From Lama glama (lineage: Eukaryota): a stretch of 64,000 bases of DNA. This document shows positions 12,163 to 25,800 of this stretch, piece by piece. The translations under genes were made by a program, and so were the position numbers. Location of the stretch: assembly GCA_028534125.1 (NCBI GenBank), contig CM052816.1, positions 40,984,001 through 41,048,000 on the forward strand, written 5' to 3'. The notes under the pieces were generated by a model, which saw nothing but the letters and a program-made list of their open reading frames with translations, was not told where the DNA came from and made no database searches. Numbering within the stretch: position 1 is the first letter of the stretch; the number at the start of each line of letters is the position of its first letter.

Positions 12163-13899
12163 ATAATCTACAAAATTCTTCCCACTAAAGTTAACATCTA
12201 ATATCTATTTCAGCTAAAATAATACAAATTATTTTGACATGCTTTCTTTACTGCCCTATAAATATGGTTTTCTTTGTAGAAATTGATCATATCTACTAGA
12301 ATTCAACAAATATTACTAATATAGGTATGTCAACTATGAGCACTTGAATTTTTAAACCTAATTTCACCCCTTAAATTCTTCAGAATACACTGTAAGAAGA
12401 GAAACAGCACAAGAAAGAAGAGTTAATCTGTGAATCTGTAACACTACACATTGTGACCTTCATGCCTGGACGTGGGGATCTCATTCCCGTAAAATGATGA
12501 AGAAATAACATTAATTATAATATAAGCCAATAAAAAATGAAAACAAACAAACACAAATAAGAACACATTGATATGGAGTGGGACCAACAGTCTCCAATAT
12601 CTACGAAGTATTTCCTGCCAAGCCAGGAAAAAACTCACCTAGAAATAAAACCTATCACTGCTGAAAGGGACTTTGCAGCCTCCTATCATGGATGATGGAG
12701 AACTGGCTACTCGTAAGGAAACTAGTTCTTTCATCATTGGCTCGAGATGCTTCCTGTTAATCTGAGTAACGAGTACTTATGAATGGTTAATGCCTTAGTG
12801 CCCTACAGATGATACTCCTCTACACATCAGGTGTGTAATAACTCATCAGGACTTTCCTGCAAGAAGCTCGTAACAAAGGAACAACAAATAAAGTTCAGAA
12901 AACTGATAGAAAATTTCCAATTTTATATTTAAGGAAAATTAAGCCTCTTCTGACAGCCCTCTCAGCTAAATAAAAGCAAATTATTTCATTCTTGCAAACC
13001 AGATGTTTGAAGATTATAATTGCCCTGGTAATTCAAGGACAAAAGACAAGAAACATAAAAATTAGGAAGTTTGTCTTTGAGCTGTGAACCCATTACTGAT
13101 TTGACTTATGTAGGCTCTTCATTAAAATCATTCTTTTTCTAACAAATATAAAACACAGAAATATGACCAAGCATACAATTTAGTTCATGTTTTTAAAGTT
13201 TTATCTTTTATTGTTATAGTCTAATGTTTTACTCAATTTCCCTCTATTTCTTTGCAATTAAAAAAATTAAAATTTTAATAGAAATCTGCACTCTCACCAA
13301 CACTGTTTAATAGTTCCTTCTTGATTTACATCCTCACCAATGTTGGCTGGAATCAGAACTTCATTTCATCAGACTTCTTGGTTTGTGCTACTTATGAAAA
13401 ATTGATATTTAATATTTAATTACAGAAAGCAATTCCGTCAAAACCATTCTTCTGCATGTAACTACGATTCATGTTAGTAACGATTCAAAGAGAAAATATT
13501 TTATTAAAAGGTTTTATATCTTGTCAGATTCTCCCATATACCCTTAACAAAATACTACCCCTAACGTGTCAAAAAAAAAAAAAAGCATAAAGGAAAGACC
13601 TCAGTAAGACTAAGTCCAGGCTAATGTACAAGTGACAGAAAATAGATTTCCCCAATATGACATGACATGAGACTACGCTGAAACAAGACTAATTAGAAAT
13701 GACTTCAGATCAAGAGAGTTAGCCCCATTTAGAGGAAAACATGACAGGCAAATATATAAAGGATCCATCTCCCCATACACCTCGGTTTCTCTTCCTACTT
13801 TTCTTACTGCTGTGCTTTCTCAGTCTCTTAAGCTGGTTTGCTTTTTACATCCATACTCTTACAATGCCTCTTCTTTGCATTTCTGCTCATAGCACTTTT

Positions 13900-14670
13900 T
13901 CTTTCACAATCCAATGTCCATTCAGCCTTGGCTGTTTTATCCATGCCCGTGGCGTCCTATATTTTTGCCTCAGAACTAACTTCCAATTTAAATTATCTTC
14001 TTCCCCACTGCTGCTGTCTAAATAGACACCCTCATCATGGCATGCTTGGACTACTGCTTCCTGACTCCAAGATTTGGATCCCTCATCCACCCCTAGATCT
14101 GCCATGATAGTGATTTTGCCACAACATAAAGACATCATTGCCCTGCTTCCAACCAATTAGTGATTTCCTATTAATTATAAGGTAAAGTCCAACTTCCTCA
14201 GCAAGGCATAAAGCATCCTTCATAAGCTGGTCACTTCTTGTATTTCCAGTCTCACCGCTTTTTCTCTAGATTCCTCATCCAGCCCTATTGAATCCTGTTG
14301 AGTTGCCCATATTCACAGCACTTCTGTAGAACTGGAATGCAGAGGCAATATGCAATGGTTCAAATGTTTTTCCTTCCTTGTCTATTTGACAAACTGCTAT
14401 TTATTCCCTGAAATTTTGTTCACGTGGCACCTCCGCTTGAAAGTCCACCATTCCTTCCTCCAAATACACTAAATAATGATCACTTTCTCTTCTTTACTAG
14501 TTCTATGACTTATACTTATTGTGTATTTAAAACTCAAGCATCTGTTTATGAGTATGTTTTCCCTGGTATGAATTAAGGAAAAGTACTGTGTATTTCATCT
14601 TTATTTCTTCTACTTACAGCAAAGGGCCTGGAACAGAATAATGCCTAATGCTTAGTTTGTGTATCAAATA
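13900..14670 (+). mobile_element. L2 LINE fragments including 3' end
   Basis: 'gtaaagtccaacttcctcagcaaggcataaagc' and terminal 'acagcaaagggcctggaacagaataatgcctaatg'. Confidence 0.6.
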
Positions 14671-15599
14671 GAAGAACTGATATATGCATTTGCAAATTTG
14701 GATTTGAAATTAAGAGTCATTTTCCAATGTGAGACTCATGCTTGAGAACAGGTTCAAAGTCTATTCTTCTCAATTCTGAAGGCTTGAGAGGAAAAATTAC
14801 AAAATCTGATAAGGAGGATATATTAGTAGCTGAAGCCCTCATTGAAGAGAATGTCAAGTTTCCGTGGAGTATAAAAATACCCCTAAGAAGGACAAACTTC
14901 CTGTCTCTGGAACACAGTGAGCTAGTTTCCACTCACTAATCAGCATCAATACAGTAAAGGGTATGTCAGCATTTTTGTAATGAGGCAGCTGTTCATAAAT
15001 AGTTACAACATGATTATATTAGCTAACGTTGAAAAAATGCTCAAAATATCTATACTGTGAGAATCAGCTCGTATTAACTTACAACACAGCATTAAATTAA
15101 GCCTATGTGTGCACATTAAGCACCTTCACACACAGTTTGGATATCTATACTTACATTAATTCTTGCTTTTCTAGATGTAGGATGTGATTAAAGCAGTCAA
15201 GCTGCAAATAATAGCTGTCTCTCAGCCCACAGGCTTGTGCAGTTAAAGAATGATAACATAACAAGCACTACAAAGGGAGAATAAATGACTCCCAAACTCA
15301 CCCCCAAGACACAGCCAGATGAAGAGTCACAAGATCGTCTACACTTGGAAAGATTGATGCATTCATAGCCTGACCCTCAGATTTTATGGTCCAGTATTTC
15401 AATATAATATCTACATCCATTTCTACTAAGCTCTCGGGTGGTTAAATCAGGCTAGTCAAAATGACCAAGGAACAGTATGTAAACAAGAATGTACGTTTAT
15501 TGCTGACTCGATCTTTCCAGGGGTTTGAGTTCTCATTTCTTCTTCTCAGGGCATGGCCTTCCTGAACCATGTACCTGGAATGCTCATTTAGAAATCCCA

Positions 15600-15699
15600 G
15601 GGGGAGGGTATAAATTCAATCCCCAGTACTTCCATAAACAAACCAACAAACAAACCTAATTAACAAAACAATTTTTCTTAAAAATGGTAAAATAAAATA
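15600..15699 (+). mobile_element. Internally deleted camelid-type tRNA-derived SINE
   Basis: Head 'ggggagggtata' joined to 'ttcaatccccagtac...aaacctaatta' plus A-rich tail; TSD AAATCCC at 15592-15598 and 15700-15706. Confidence 0.8.
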
Positions 15700-16098
15700 A
15701 AATCCCGAATTTCCTTGGTAGGCTTCTTTCCTACCTTAGTATAGCAAACAGAAGATACCAAAACAAGCCATACAGAAGCCATACTCGACTAGTGCTAAAA
15801 ATTAAGTTGTGCATCCTGTCTCCTACTCTCTTGTTCCAACTTCTTCTCTTGTTGTCTCTGATCCATCTTTTCTTCTTCATCCTGGGATTCCTCCCTGTCT
15901 GCCTGGCTCTGTCAGCATGATGCTTCTGCAACAGTCATTCAGCATCTCTCAGACTGCCTGGAGGGTTCCACACAGAGCACTTCGCCTAATATTAACCCTC
16001 GCCATCCCTCCTCCCCACACCTGTCCCTGACATTAGATACACTTCCCTACCAGCATCTGTAACCTTGTATAACAAGCATTAACAAGTTAAAAAAAATA

Positions 16099-16480
16099 TG
16101 TAGTAGTTTGCTAGGACTTTCACAGCAGAGTACCACAAACTGGGTAGCTGCAACAACAGGAACTTATTTCATCACAATTCTGGAGGCTACAAGTTCAAGA
16201 TCATGACATTGGGAGGGCTGATTTCTTCTGTGGCCTCTATCCATGGCTGGGAGATGGCCATTATCCCCGTGTTTTCACCTGATCTTGCCTCTGTTTGAGT
16301 CAATGTCCAAATCATTGCTGATTGAGACATAAGTCGTACTAGGGTAGAGCCTACTTTAATAACCTTGTTTCACCTTAATTACCTCTTTAAAGAGCCTGTC
16401 TCCAAATACAGGCACATTCTGAGGATCTGTGGATTAGGACTTAAACATGAATTTGGGAGAACTTAATTCACCATATAACA
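16099..16480 (-). mobile_element. MLT1A/B-like solo LTR
   Basis: TG...CA termini; diagnostic 'acaattctggaggctacaagttcaagatca' and 'tctccaaatacaggcacattctgagg'. Confidence 0.85.
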
Positions 16481-16910
16481 ATATAGAAAAGCACAAGAAA
16501 GGCAATAAAAAAGATGAGTGAAAATGTTCAAAATACTTTAGAAAACAAATTATTTTCAAGTGATTAAAACCAAAAGCTGGTCCTTTCAGAAAACTGGAAA
16601 AAGACAAATCTCCAGCAAAACCAATAGAAGAAAAGAGAAATACTTAAAGATAAGGAAGAGAAAAGGGAGCACAGAGGTACAGCTATAGCAGAGATTTAAA
16701 AACACTATTAGCAATATTTTTCCAGTGTCTTGTTCATTTAGATAAGTGGACGATTTTCTTGGAAAAAGCCTAGGGAATAGGTATTTTAACTAGCAAACAT
16801 GGTAGAGCATGAAGAGGAGATAAAGCTGGTTAGTGTTACATGGGCATTCATGGTATTCATTATATTATTTTTCTGTACTTGTCTGTATGTTTAAAACTTC
16901 TCATAACATT
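16481..16910 (+). mobile_element. Old L1 fragments
   Basis: ORF2-like 'aaaccaaaagctggtcctttcagaaaac' and an L1ME-like 3' end near 16850-16905. Confidence 0.5.
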
Positions 16911-17519
16911 TACGAAACTTTGGTATTTCAAAACATAATAATACTTGTTATGGAACCAAAGAAAGATTCCCAAGAATGAAAACCAGGGTTTAAAAACCAG
17001 GGTTGTCACCCCTGTTTGTAGTAGTAGACTGATGGGAAAGGAGGAATAAGAATCCTGCCCCTTTTGTTTTCTACTATAGTGGAGCAAAAATGACGCCCCC
17101 AAAATGGTGTGAGCTTCAGGTCTCAAACTAGGTGGGAAAACAAAGGACCATTTATCCCTTTTTGCGTCCTGGCTTTTTTCCAGTTAACAAAGAAATTTCT
17201 GCTTGCTCAGCAATGCGGTATTTACAGGGACTGAAGACTTGCCTCTGGAAGTTCCCTAGGGGCCTTTAATTCTTAACTACTAACATATTTTCTTTTGGTA
17301 TTTTGTTTACTTAAGCATATATTTATCAATTAGCACACTTTAAATCTGTTTAACTAGGCCTTACTTTTTATTTTTTAGTGGCCCCTAATTTTATGCTTTA
17401 TTTATTTGCATCTTCATTTATTTAGCAAGCATTTATTGAACCTTTGCTATCCACCAGGCAACACTGGGTACCGTGCAACTAGCAAGCAAGACACGCATGC
17501 TGCTCATCCTTAGATAATT

Positions 17520-17820
17520 CAGTGATTCTCACACTTTGACATCAGAATGTCATTCTACAGGCTTATTAAAATACAGATGGGAGGCAAGGTATAGCTCAGG
17601 GGTAGAGCTTAGTATGCAGGAGGTCCTGGGTTCAATCCCCAGTACCTCCATTTAAAAAAATAAATGAATAAATAAACCTAATTACCCCAACAAAAAAAAA
17701 GAAAAAATATCAATGAATAAGGAAGACATACAGATGGCTGCATCTTCAGAGTTTCTGATTTAGTAAGCCTGTGGTCCCGAAATTTATATTTCTAACAAGT
17801 TGCCAGGTGATGTATGCTAT
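17520..17820. mobile_element. MER5A-like hAT-Charlie element split by a SINE
   Basis: 'cagtgattctca...cttattaaaatacagat' and 'cagagtttctgatttagta...tttctaacaagttgccaggtgatg'. Confidence 0.75.
17581..17727 (+). mobile_element. Camelid-type tRNA-derived SINE
   Basis: A-box 'tagctcaggggtagagc', B-box 'gggttcaatccc', tail 'aataaacctaattacccc'; perfect 10-bp TSD ATACAGATGG (17571-17580 and 17728-17737). Confidence 0.92.
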
Positions 17821-19454
17821 TTTTTAATTTAAATCTTGTATTACAAATATTAGTTGCAAAGGCTCTTTTCTTTTTCTTATCTTCCATACTTTAAATATGG
17901 AATATTTTTTCTCATCCTTAAACTCAGTATTTTTGTTTTGAAATTTCTTTCATCATCTCTCATTCTAAAATACAGTTTTTAGTAGTGCCTTTTGTATACT
18001 TAAAACAATTTCTCCTATATCATCTTAGTAACTTTCATTTTATGTGAATTTTTGCTTTCAGACTCACTAAACATCTAGAGTCTTTTTTTTCTGTTACATT
18101 TTTAATGACCTGATTTTATAAAACTCTGCAAGTATGAGGGACCTCCAGGAGAGCTGCTCACCCATTCCTCCCACAATCACCCCAAGAGCTGCCTTTTGGC
18201 TCTCTTTTATGGCTGCCACACTCCCACTATTCCAAATAACCACAGACTCATAGAACAGTTACTTCACCTTGATGACGTAAACCCCACCATACATAAGAAC
18301 TATTTGATGTGCTGGACCAGCACTCTTTAATGTTTCATACTGTTTTGACACCCTATGAAGTACATGTCCTAATATCTGTTATCTTCAAAACAGGCAATCA
18401 CAGAACTAGAAACAAAATATACCCACTGTCTGACAAGGATCATGTGTGCTGCTCATGGAAGCTCAGATCCATAGAGGTTAGTATAATACTCTGATTTAAC
18501 TCTAGTGAGAAATACTTGGATGTTGAAATTCACTGAAGAAGGTAACATAACTAATTCTAGGTATTACAAGAGGATTCCCACTAACAAAAGATATTTAAAA
18601 TAGCGAAATAAATAATAAATGTACATAATATATTATGAGATCATCACTCTGGTTTCTGACCCCTAAACTGAGCTGGGCTCATTTTTGGAAAAGTACAGGA
18701 TGCTGCCAGTGAGTTTGCCCTCACCACTGTAAGTCCCCTCCCTGGTCCATGACAACCACACAGTAGCCATTTCCTAGCAGAGATCAAGGAAAAATTCAGA
18801 CTCACACTGTGTTTATTACAAAGGATTTTATGTAAATTGGCATGCAATCACTTTAGTTAACTGAACATTTTAAGGTCAGTACTGTAAATAGCCCACCTCA
18901 AAGCAACTGAACTATTTTTATGCTGGCTATTTCTTTTTATAGCTGGCTAATTAAAACCTTCTGCTGAAGATGGCTTTGAACTACTCCCAGAAATTTTTTT
19001 CTGGGCTCCAAACAGGAACATCTGAGCAAAAGCTCTAAATTTCTCATTCTTCAAGGGCGATATGTACTTGTTTAGTGTCAGCTATTTTGCCATGTGGTTT
19101 TTTTTCCCCCTAGTTAAATCTGATCAGTTAAGGTTATCATTTTCCATGTTTATAAACTGATTTGACTAGACTTTATAACGGAATCCATTTAACAAAATGC
19201 ATAGTTTCTAATTTTAAGCCAAATCTTTTTCTTGACTCATAACCTGGACTAGAAAGCATAAATAAAAAGGAACTTAGTTTAAATTTCACCTCCCCTACAT
19301 CTCTCAATCCTGTCTTCTCTACCTCCTTTCCTTTCTAAGTAAGTTAACTAGATTCTCAGAAAAAAAATGTTTAAACGTAATGTTGAAATTATATTTTAGT
19401 ATCAACTCAGTAAATTTGTGTCTACTCTTGCCCATACACTCAGACAAAATCTTT

Positions 19455-20905
19455 CTTTTTTTTTTAATTGTGATTACAAAAACATGTAACATGAACTGTA
19501 CCATCTTAACTATTACTGCACATTTCAGTAGTGTCAACTATTCACGATTGTGCAAACAGATCTCTACTATTTTTGTATCTTGCCAAATTGAAACTCTAAG
19601 CCCACTGAGCAACAATTCCTCATTTCCCCCTTCTCCTCAGCCCCTGGCAGCAACCATTCAACCTTCTGTTTCTATGAATTTGACTACTGTAGATAATTCA
19701 GTATACGCAGATTCATAAAGTATTTGTCTCTTTGTAACTGGCTTATTTCACTTAGGACAATGTCTTCCAGGTACGGTACATCTGTGCTGTAGCAAGTGAC
19801 GAGATTTTCTTCTTTTTAAAGACTGAGGAATAGTCCACTGAATATATATAAATTCATCTGTCCAATGGACACTTAGGTTGCTTCCAGTTTTTGGCTATTG
19901 TGAATAATGCTGTGTACACATACAGGTGTACCCATATCTCTCTGAGATCCTGCTTTCAATTCTTTTGGATATATACCTAGGATTGGAGCTGCCAGATAAT
20001 ATGGTAATTCCCTTTTTTGATTTTTTTGAACAATGCCTTACTGTTTTCTATAGAGACTTCATGATTTTATATTTCCCCTAACAGTACACAAGGGTTTTCA
20101 TTTCTCCATATCCTCATCAACACTTGTTAGATTTTATTTCTTTGATGAAGGCCATCTTAATGGGTATGAGGTAATTTCTCATTGTGGTTTTGATTTGCAT
20201 TGCTCTAGTCATTCTTTCATATGGTTGTTGGCCATTTGTATATCTCCTTTGGAGAAATGTCTATCCAAGTTCTTTGCCCAGTTTTTAATCAGGTTATTCA
20301 TTTTTGTTGTTGAGTTACAGGAATTCTTTATATATCCTGCACCTTAATCCTTTATCAGATATGTGCCTTGCAAATATTTTCTCCCATTCCATACACTGTA
20401 TTTCCACTCTGTTGATTGTCTCTTTTGATGGGCAGAAGTCTTAAAGTTTTATAGAATCCCACTTATTTACTTATGCTTTTGTTTTCTGTGTCATATCCAA
20501 GAACTCATCAAATCAAATATCATTAAGCTTTTCTTATGTTTTCTTCTAAGAGTTAAATAGTTTCAGGTCATATATTTACATTGTTAATCCATTTTGAGTT
20601 AGTTTTTATGTACTGTGGATAAGGGTCCATCTTCATTCTTTAGAATGTGTAAGTCCAGTTTTCCCAACATCACTTGTTAAAGAGACAATCCTTTCCCCAC
20701 TGTGCTACCTTGGCATTCTTGCCAGATACCACTTGATCGGATGCATGAAGGTTTATTTCTGAACTCTGTTCCACTGGTCTGTATGCCTGTCTCTACATCA
20801 GTACCACACTGTTTTAATTACTATAGCTTTATATGTTTTGAAATCAGGGAGTATGAGGTGTCTAATTTTATTCTTTTTTGAGATTGTTTTGGCTATTCAA
20901 GGACT
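19455..20905 (-). mobile_element. L1 (L1MA/L1MB-like) 3' UTR and distal ORF2
   Basis: PolyT at the left end; antisense L1 motifs 'ttggctattgtgaataatgctg', 'cattgtggttttgatttgcatt', 'tttggagaaatgtctat'. Confidence 0.9.
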
Positions 20906-22849
20906 CAAGGCTTAACCTCTGCTTAAGATTACAGATTCCCCTGTGCTCACTTGGGTCAGGGAGAAAAAGTATTCAATCTTGTTTGGTTCAGTCTCATAAA
21001 TAGTTTGTTACTAAGTCTACAGTAGTATGACAAAGAGCTTGTTACTATATCTAATGTCTGAAGCATAGTGTTTAGAATAAATTACATGTTTCAAAAGTTA
21101 CTATGAAGGTTTAGCTGAACTCTTGCCTCTTTGGTAGTAACTTTGGGGGGTAAGATGGTTCACTTCCTAGTGTTTGTTTACAAAAGTTCTCCAGCAAACT
21201 ATTAACAGAGAACAGCAGGTCAAAATTCTTTGATTTTCCTCTCAGCCATCTGTACACTGTGGTCAACTTCCCCAAAAGTGGCAACCTAAAGATAAGATCC
21301 AGAACCTCTTAAGGTGGTGGATGTAGAGGAGATGTGGACTGCAGTAGAGAAGGCCCATGCTCTTAAATTAAATTTGTCTCATGAGACAAGGCCATGTTGA
21401 GTGGCAGTAGCATGCACACTATTTCCAGTAGAAAACAAAGATGCTAGGAGTAGAAGGGCTGAATCAAGACCAGTTTTACTATCAGCTCCAGGTCCTCAAA
21501 ACACTGTCCTCTCTCATTCTTCCCTTCTGACTCAAGACTAGGACTAGACTATTGGGCATATCTTTCCTATTTTTAATGGTAACTTCATTTTGAATACTTA
21601 TTATCTTTCCCTGACACTGACCTTGATTAGAGCGCCCATGACCACTGTGAAAGAATTCTTAACTCTAAGTCTCACCAGAAGTTGTCAGAAACCCAAAGGG
21701 TGAGTGGGTCATCAATCCTGTACTCACAGAAGATCTCTGGATCTTTAAGTCACTCTTCCTAGAACTCAGCATAACCATGAGGTTCTGGCTTAGCTAAAAT
21801 AGACAAAAGGCCCTCTAACTCCTCCCCTGCTTATATAAGAGGTGAGAAATCATTGTGAAATATGTGTTTTAACTTTCATTTATTTTGATTTTAATTTTGC
21901 ATATTTAGAGAATTCACTTGTGGTTCACCTTCTGTGAACTGTTCATATTCATTGACAGTGTTCTTCCTATTGGATTCTACTGTCACCTTTATGAGCTCCT
22001 CAAATACTAAAAGTAATGTTTGGTTGTCACATCTGTAGTTCTTAAACAATGAAGCAGTACAAGTTTCTAATAGCAAATTGATGATCACATTAACTGAGGG
22101 GCTAATGAATGAGCTATCTTTCTTCACTACAGCTATGCTTTTAATATTCAGTGCAATAAAAAAAAGAGGCTGTATTTATGAATGTCCTAAGTTCAAGCAA
22201 TATTTTAGACATAAAATGTTAGGATGAATGACTCTTATCCTTTTCAGGTTTCTTTTTTTCATTAAAAAAATGTTATTGTGTGGGTAAAGAAAAGAAAAAT
22301 GGTAGTCAAGAAGTACTTCCATGGGTATATATATAAAAAAAAAAGTAGAGAGAAAAAAAAAAACAGTGGAAAACAATTATAGGTTGATTCATCAGCCAAA
22401 TCTTTGAAAAGAATTTGCCCTTGGATTGAATAATTTTAGAGGTTCATATCACAGAAGTACAAATAACCTATTATAGTGTTATCCATTATACTATTATGCT
22501 AGCTCCTGTCTCCAATATGTCCTTGAAATTTTAATTTTGTAAGATCTTTAAGTACAAAAATTATAATCTTTTACTACTGACTGTCTCTTCTCATCTGTTA
22601 TTACCTTTTAGCTCAGAATGTCTCCTAATTGTTTGCCCAAATCTTGTTAAATGTGACTTGAACTCCTTTCCCTCAGTTAAATCGTTAAGTGAAGAGAAAG
22701 CTGCCAGTCTCCTTCAAGTGAGAAAAACAAACAAAACAGGCTTCACATGCCCCAATGATCCCTTAGACTTTTTTTTTAGACTAAAATCTTCAGCTGTTCT
22801 ATTAATCCTGCTCCTTAATTCTTTCACTCAACTCAATTGTTTGGAGACT

Positions 22850-23820
22850 TCTAAAATTTTGAAATAAATATAAATGAAAGTAGCATAGAGAGGTCCCATG
22901 TATGCTACATCCACTTCTCCCCAGTGAGCACACCTTACACAATCATATAGTACAATTCCAAAACCAAGAAGGTGACATTAGTACACTATGTGTGCAAAGT
23001 TCTATTCCATTTTACTATGTGCATGCATTAGTTTAATTAATATCACAATCAAAATAAAAAATTACTCCATCATCATCAAGATCTCCTTTGTGCTACCCCT
23101 TACTATCACACCAGCCTCCTCCCTGCACCATCCCTAACTGTTGGCAATCACTAAACTCTTCTTCATCTAACTGTGTCATTTTTAATATGTAATATAAATG
23201 GAATCATATAGAATATAACCCTTTAAAATGGATTTTTAACATCACATAATGCACTTGAGATTCACTAAGTTGTTGCATGGGGGCAAAAGTCGAGGTTCCA
23301 CACATGGCCTCCATTGACCGGGCCAGCACAGGGGGAAGGGGGATGTAAGGCTCAGCTCTCCACTCAGACTTCTGACTCCACCTGGTGTGGGGGCAGTAAG
23401 GCGTTGGGGGTGGGAGGGTGATGGGCATCTCTTTACAGACAAATCAGGTAGAAGTTTAGGGTCTGGGCCTCCTTTGACAGAGGTGTGAGTTAGGGCTGAA
23501 GATTTTTTTGTAGAACTTGGCTAGAGTAGGGCAGATACTGTCTAAGACTTTTCTGACTTGTTACCCTGTTCCTTCTCTGGTCCTCTGGCTAGAGAGAACA
23601 GTCTTTGGACATTTTTTGTTTGCATCTGTTGGTGGTTTTGGGTTGCTGGCATTTCCAGAACTTAGTGCAGAATATATGAGGCAAAACAAACAAAAACAAC
23701 AGCAAAAATGACAAAACAGAACACCCACAAAACAAACAAAAAACTCCAAGGAACTCACTGCCACATCATTCCTTATGTCCCAGGGTTCCTAACAGGTCCA
23801 CCTTCTTTTCCAACTTATAC
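22850..23820 (-). mobile_element. Old L1 (L1MC/L1MD-like): 5' UTR joined to a 3' end
   Basis: 22850-23279 is an antisense L1MC-like 3' end; 23280-23820 resembles in reverse complement the 5'UTR-like segment at ~4700-4810. Confidence 0.6.
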
Positions 23821-25539
23821 TTGCTAATGTTCAATTTCTATTTTGAAGATAAAAAAATTGTCTTCTGGTGCCCTCAATAACAGCAAAACGTTATAAATGT
23901 ATACTAAAATTATTTGAAATTTATATTTCTATTTTGACAAGTTGAATTCTAGAAAAGCAAAGGTTAAATGAGAATATCAAGAACCATTTACCTATTAGAG
24001 TTTCATTTACCCATAAAGTAGAAAAACACTTTAATATATTATCAACTGCATAACGAAATTTGTAAGTGAACGTATTTATTTTATGCACCTAGTGCATCCT
24101 ATCTTATAAATATTCAAGCCTATTTTGAATGATATTAAATACTTGCCAGCATTACAGATAGCACTGTATTAAAACTAGATTTTAAAATTGGAATCTTTAT
24201 CAATTTTGAAAGGTGCATAGCCCTCCTTTAATCTAAGTTTCTCCTTATCAGTATTTTCAAAAATAAAAAAAAACACATTCATTTCTGCAAAACTAACTCT
24301 ACTTTGAATATAAAGGCAATGAGACCACATTAACCAAATGAAATTCATTACTGATAATACACATGCACAAAATTTTGGTCTGTTTTTAAAGTAAATTCTC
24401 TCTGAATTTACTTTGTTTTCTCATAACAAACTGACTTAATTTTACTACAAAAAGAAAATCTATCACCATGACCTTAGCAACTATGTTAACTCAATAACTT
24501 TGGCACAGAAATTCAAATTTAGACTATGTATGACAGAGTTTTACTGAATTATTTCTGGAAAGCAGAAAGATTGGCCTCTACATGAGCAGTTCTAAGAATG
24601 AAACATCATTGCCCTCAGATGGGTTTGTCTTGAGTTTTGACTAGGCAAGACGGCTCTTAGACAACGTGCAGCGATACAGCAGTGGGCCCACAAAGACTCT
24701 CACTTGTATATATGTGCACACAGGTTTCACGTGAGAATTAAAACACATGATAGACACTTTCAGCCGAATGCTACTGGGCTTTCATCAGACTGAAGGTCTA
24801 TGCCAAAGAGAAGTTTTTCAGCTGCTCAAGCATAGCATGAATTCGTAGTCTTCATAAAAACCAAGACGGCCCTGAAAGCGAATGGAAAAGTAAATATCAA
24901 GAGTCCTTGGATTCCTGACAAGCTTGTTTCCCTTTCTTGGAGCTCTGAAGGGGCTCTGTGGGGGAAAGTGTTTTACAAGATTATTTTTTTTTTCAACTTG
25001 GTCTTGCTTGAGAAAAGACAAAAACTTTTGCAACTGCCAATACTGGCTTGTTATAAGCCTTTATTAGCAAGACAACAAAGGTGCTGCAGAATTTGGGAGA
25101 AGGGGTACTATTTCCTGCTTAGCTTGCAAGGACAGAAGCATTGAGCTATGCTCAGTGCCAACTGACTTAAGAGAGGGTGACTGTGTTTCATGTATTTACA
25201 CAGATAATTCATAATGTTTCAGAAAAGGGGAAAGTAGGCGATTCTGTTCCTATCTATGGACCCTGAATTGTTCAATTAGAAAATTCCTTTCAGAGAACCC
25301 ATGGCATCTTCGGAGTAAGGGATATGTAACATCATGTTCCAAGAATTTTTAAATTTTCATTATATTTAATTATACCAGCTATTAAAATAGGCATTTTATC
25401 ATGCTCATTTTGAACATATGGAAACTAAGGAGTAAGTAGTGGGATGGGGGTGCACTTACTATGTTACACTGTAAATAAGTGGCTGAACCAACATGTGGAC
25501 CCAGCTCTATATAGTGCCAAAAACATGCTTTTCTGACTC

Positions 25540-25760
25540 AACTGGAGATCATAATTTGTCAGCCTGAGGGCTAAATACAGTCCACAGACTGTATTGTTTG
25601 ATCTGTGTAATAATTTGGAACAACTTATAATTATTTGCCACATTTTTAAAAAGCAGATTTTTACATAAAAAATGAAGGAGCTGGCATACATTTCTGCCAG
25701 CAGTGCCTGTGCTCCTTGGTTTGGACACGGCTTCACCAGAGACACATAATTCCTTTCACC
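25540..25760. mobile_element. MER102-like hAT-Charlie relic
   Basis: 'ccacagactgtattgtttg...atttgccacatttttaaaaagcagatttttacataaaaa' resembles my recall of MER102. Confidence 0.5.
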
Positions 25761-25800
25761 GACGTTGAAAGATACATGCTTGCAGGACTCCTTTACTTAC

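Noticed and set aside
12660..12745. C/D box snoRNA (ATGATGA on the minus strand)
   Set aside because: No suitably placed CTGA D box or terminal stem.
14717..14939. Overlapping sense and antisense ORFs with protein-like composition
   Set aside because: No recognisable family, no convincing flanking splice sites, and both are short.
15731..16030. Basic minus-strand ORF ending near an AAG|GTAGGA donor
   Set aside because: The pyrimidine-rich low-complexity tract explains the composition, and I found no matching acceptor.
17581..17650. tRNA gene (A-box and B-box present)
   Set aside because: It has a SINE tail, an A-rich end and a 10-bp TSD, and no complete cloverleaf, so it is a tRNA-derived SINE.
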